Source: Chrysomallon squamiferum
Lineage: Eukaryota; Animalia; Mollusca
DNA length: 64,000 nucleotides
Reading direction: 5' to 3'
Assembly (NCBI GenBank): GCA_012295275.1
Contig: CM022675.1
Coordinates: forward strand, 1,054,001-1,118,000
Positions within the stretch are counted from its first letter, which is position 1. Every line of letters starts with the position of its first letter. A program made the position numbers and the translations under genes. Positions 61,746-64,000 of this stretch are shown piece after piece. Below the pieces are notes generated by a model, which saw nothing but the letters and a program-made list of their open reading frames with translations, made no database searches and was not told the origin of the DNA.

Positions 61746-62485
61746 TTAAAGATAAGATAAGGAAACAGAGTGAAGGAATGAGAGACAGAAAAATTAAAAA
61801 TTACACTCTCTCTCTCTGTGTCTGTCTGTCTGTTTGTATATCTCTATATGTCATTTTGAATTATATCTTAATATTACTATAACTTCAAAATAAAATAAAA
61901 CAAAAAAAAAAAAAAAAAAAAAAAAATAAACAACAACCAAACGAACAAATAAAGAAAAAAGTTTTCAATTAATTGTATTTGTAACTTTTTAACCATCGCG
62001 ATTAATTTTGCTGAAGATTAGAAAAAAAAAATAAATAAAAAAAAAATAAAAAAAATAAAATAAAATAAACGCAAATAAAAGAAAAGAACAAAAATAAATA
62101 AAACCATAAAAAGTATGTAGAAAAAGTGTAGAAAAAGGTTCGTGGAAGAAATTAGCTGAAACCAAAAAGAGAAAAAAAAATCTTCATAACACGGCTTCAA
62201 CGGAAATAGCAGATTGATTAGAAAATGATTTAAGTTTAATGATCGGCAATTTCCGGCTTTTTTCGTTAGCATAAATGTTACATGATTAATTATTTGATAG
62301 AAGAAAAACGAATAAAGTTAATTGTCGTCAATTTCCGGCTTCACTGAGAATTGATAAATGTTAGAAGATTTTTACAGAAAATTTGAACTTTAATTTTATT
62401 TCTTAAAACATTTTTTTAAATGATTTTTTTTTTTTTTTTGGATAACATAATATCTAAAAAGTGTACCCTTCGGAAAATTATCGTG

Positions 62486-62555
<70 letters not shown>

Positions 62556-62557
62556 TG

Positions 62558-62625
<68 letters not shown>

Positions 62626-62884
62626 TGTATGTATGTATGTATGTATGTATGTATGTATGTATGTATGTATGTATGAGTGTATGTATGTGTGATTGATTGT
62701 TTGATTGAATTCATCTGTACTTGTATATATGTATATTCGTATGTGTGTATGTACTTACATATATATGTATGCTTGTATGTAAATATTATATATGTATGCA
62801 TGTACGTGTGTATGTATATCTTTGTTACTGTTATTATTGTCATTCTTCTTCTTATTATTATTATTGGTAATAGCTGGCACACAG

Positions 62885-62969
<85 letters not shown>

Positions 62970-63623
62970 CAAAGACAGAGAGAGACAGAGACAGAAATAC
63001 TAAGAGATAGATAGACAGAAAGAGAGAGAAAGTAAAAGCCAGAGTGAAAGAAAGAAATAGAAATAAATTTTCATTTCTCTTTGGCTGCGCTCGGCTTAAT
63101 TGAGCAGCGAGTTTTTATTCGAGACACGTTTAAAGAGTTTTGTCAGATTTAAAACACAAAGTAATCAGAGAAAAGCCGCTAATTTGTTTATCAAGTCTGC
63201 AGATTTAGTACTTAGAGGTAGTGATTAAAAAACAAAAAAACACTTGAAGCCAGATTTAAAAAATAAAAAAAAAGGAAAGAAAAAGACAAGAATTAAATAA
63301 TAAAAAAAAAAAAAAAAATAAAAATGCAATACAGAAACAAACTAATTCTCCAGTCTTTAGTTTGTTTTCTCTCTTTTTTCATTTTTATTTCCTCCTCTCT
63401 TTCTCTGCCCAGTTCTTATTTCCTGATTCTCTTTACCTCATTCTCTCTCTCTCTGTTTTTGTATTTTCATTTTCTTTCGTTTTGTCTCTCTTTGTGTCTT
63501 TCGCACATACTAACTCTTTTGTTTCTTTTCATTTCTTTCTTCTTTCATTCTTTGTTTTTCCCTCTCTGTCTCTCTCTTTGTGCCTGTCTGTGTATCTATC
63601 TCTCTTCCTTCTTATCCCTTCCA

Positions 63624-63715
<92 letters not shown>

Positions 63716-63734
63716 CCTTCTTATCCCTTCCACC

Positions 63735-63829
<95 letters not shown>

Positions 63830-64000
63830 AGGGTTGACAGTTGTCTAATCCCAACTTCTTATCGACGTTTCGAAAATACTTTTAACAATACTTCTCCGTG
63901 GCTTGTAGAGTTTTAGACAAATCTTTACTAACTAGCAAGACAGCTCATTTGTTTTACTAATCATTTCTTTCTCAGTCCAAAGAGAAAACATTCTAACATA

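Overview
AT-rich, microsatellite-saturated animal genomic DNA (probably an invertebrate such as a mollusc; this is inference) with one 200-N gap. Almost all ORFs in the supplied track are microsatellite artefacts. The real genes are spliced and were rebuilt by hand from GT-AG sites and intron phases. (1) 0.4-20 kb: 2-3 tandem copies of an unusual type II membrane protein, with a Tyr-motif cytoplasmic tail, signal anchor, Thr-rich stalk and a C-terminal 12-Cys three-finger (Ly6/uPAR/quiver-like) domain. The copies have duplicated tail exons and mosaic sequence, and the third has a pogo/Tigger fragment where its TM exon should be. (2) Prefoldin subunit 5 (minus strand) with a U12-type intron. 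(3) tRNA-Ser(GCT). (4) A DNase I family gene with no evident signal peptide, natural counterparts of engineered hyperactive and actin-resistant substitutions, and a probable spliced-on ~138-aa unknown C-terminal domain. (5) A tentative small minus-strand gene ending in a CaaX-like motif. (6) A complete 10-exon secreted PHB/PHA-depolymerase-like hydrolase whose first intron holds a MITE and two relic copies of its own last exon.
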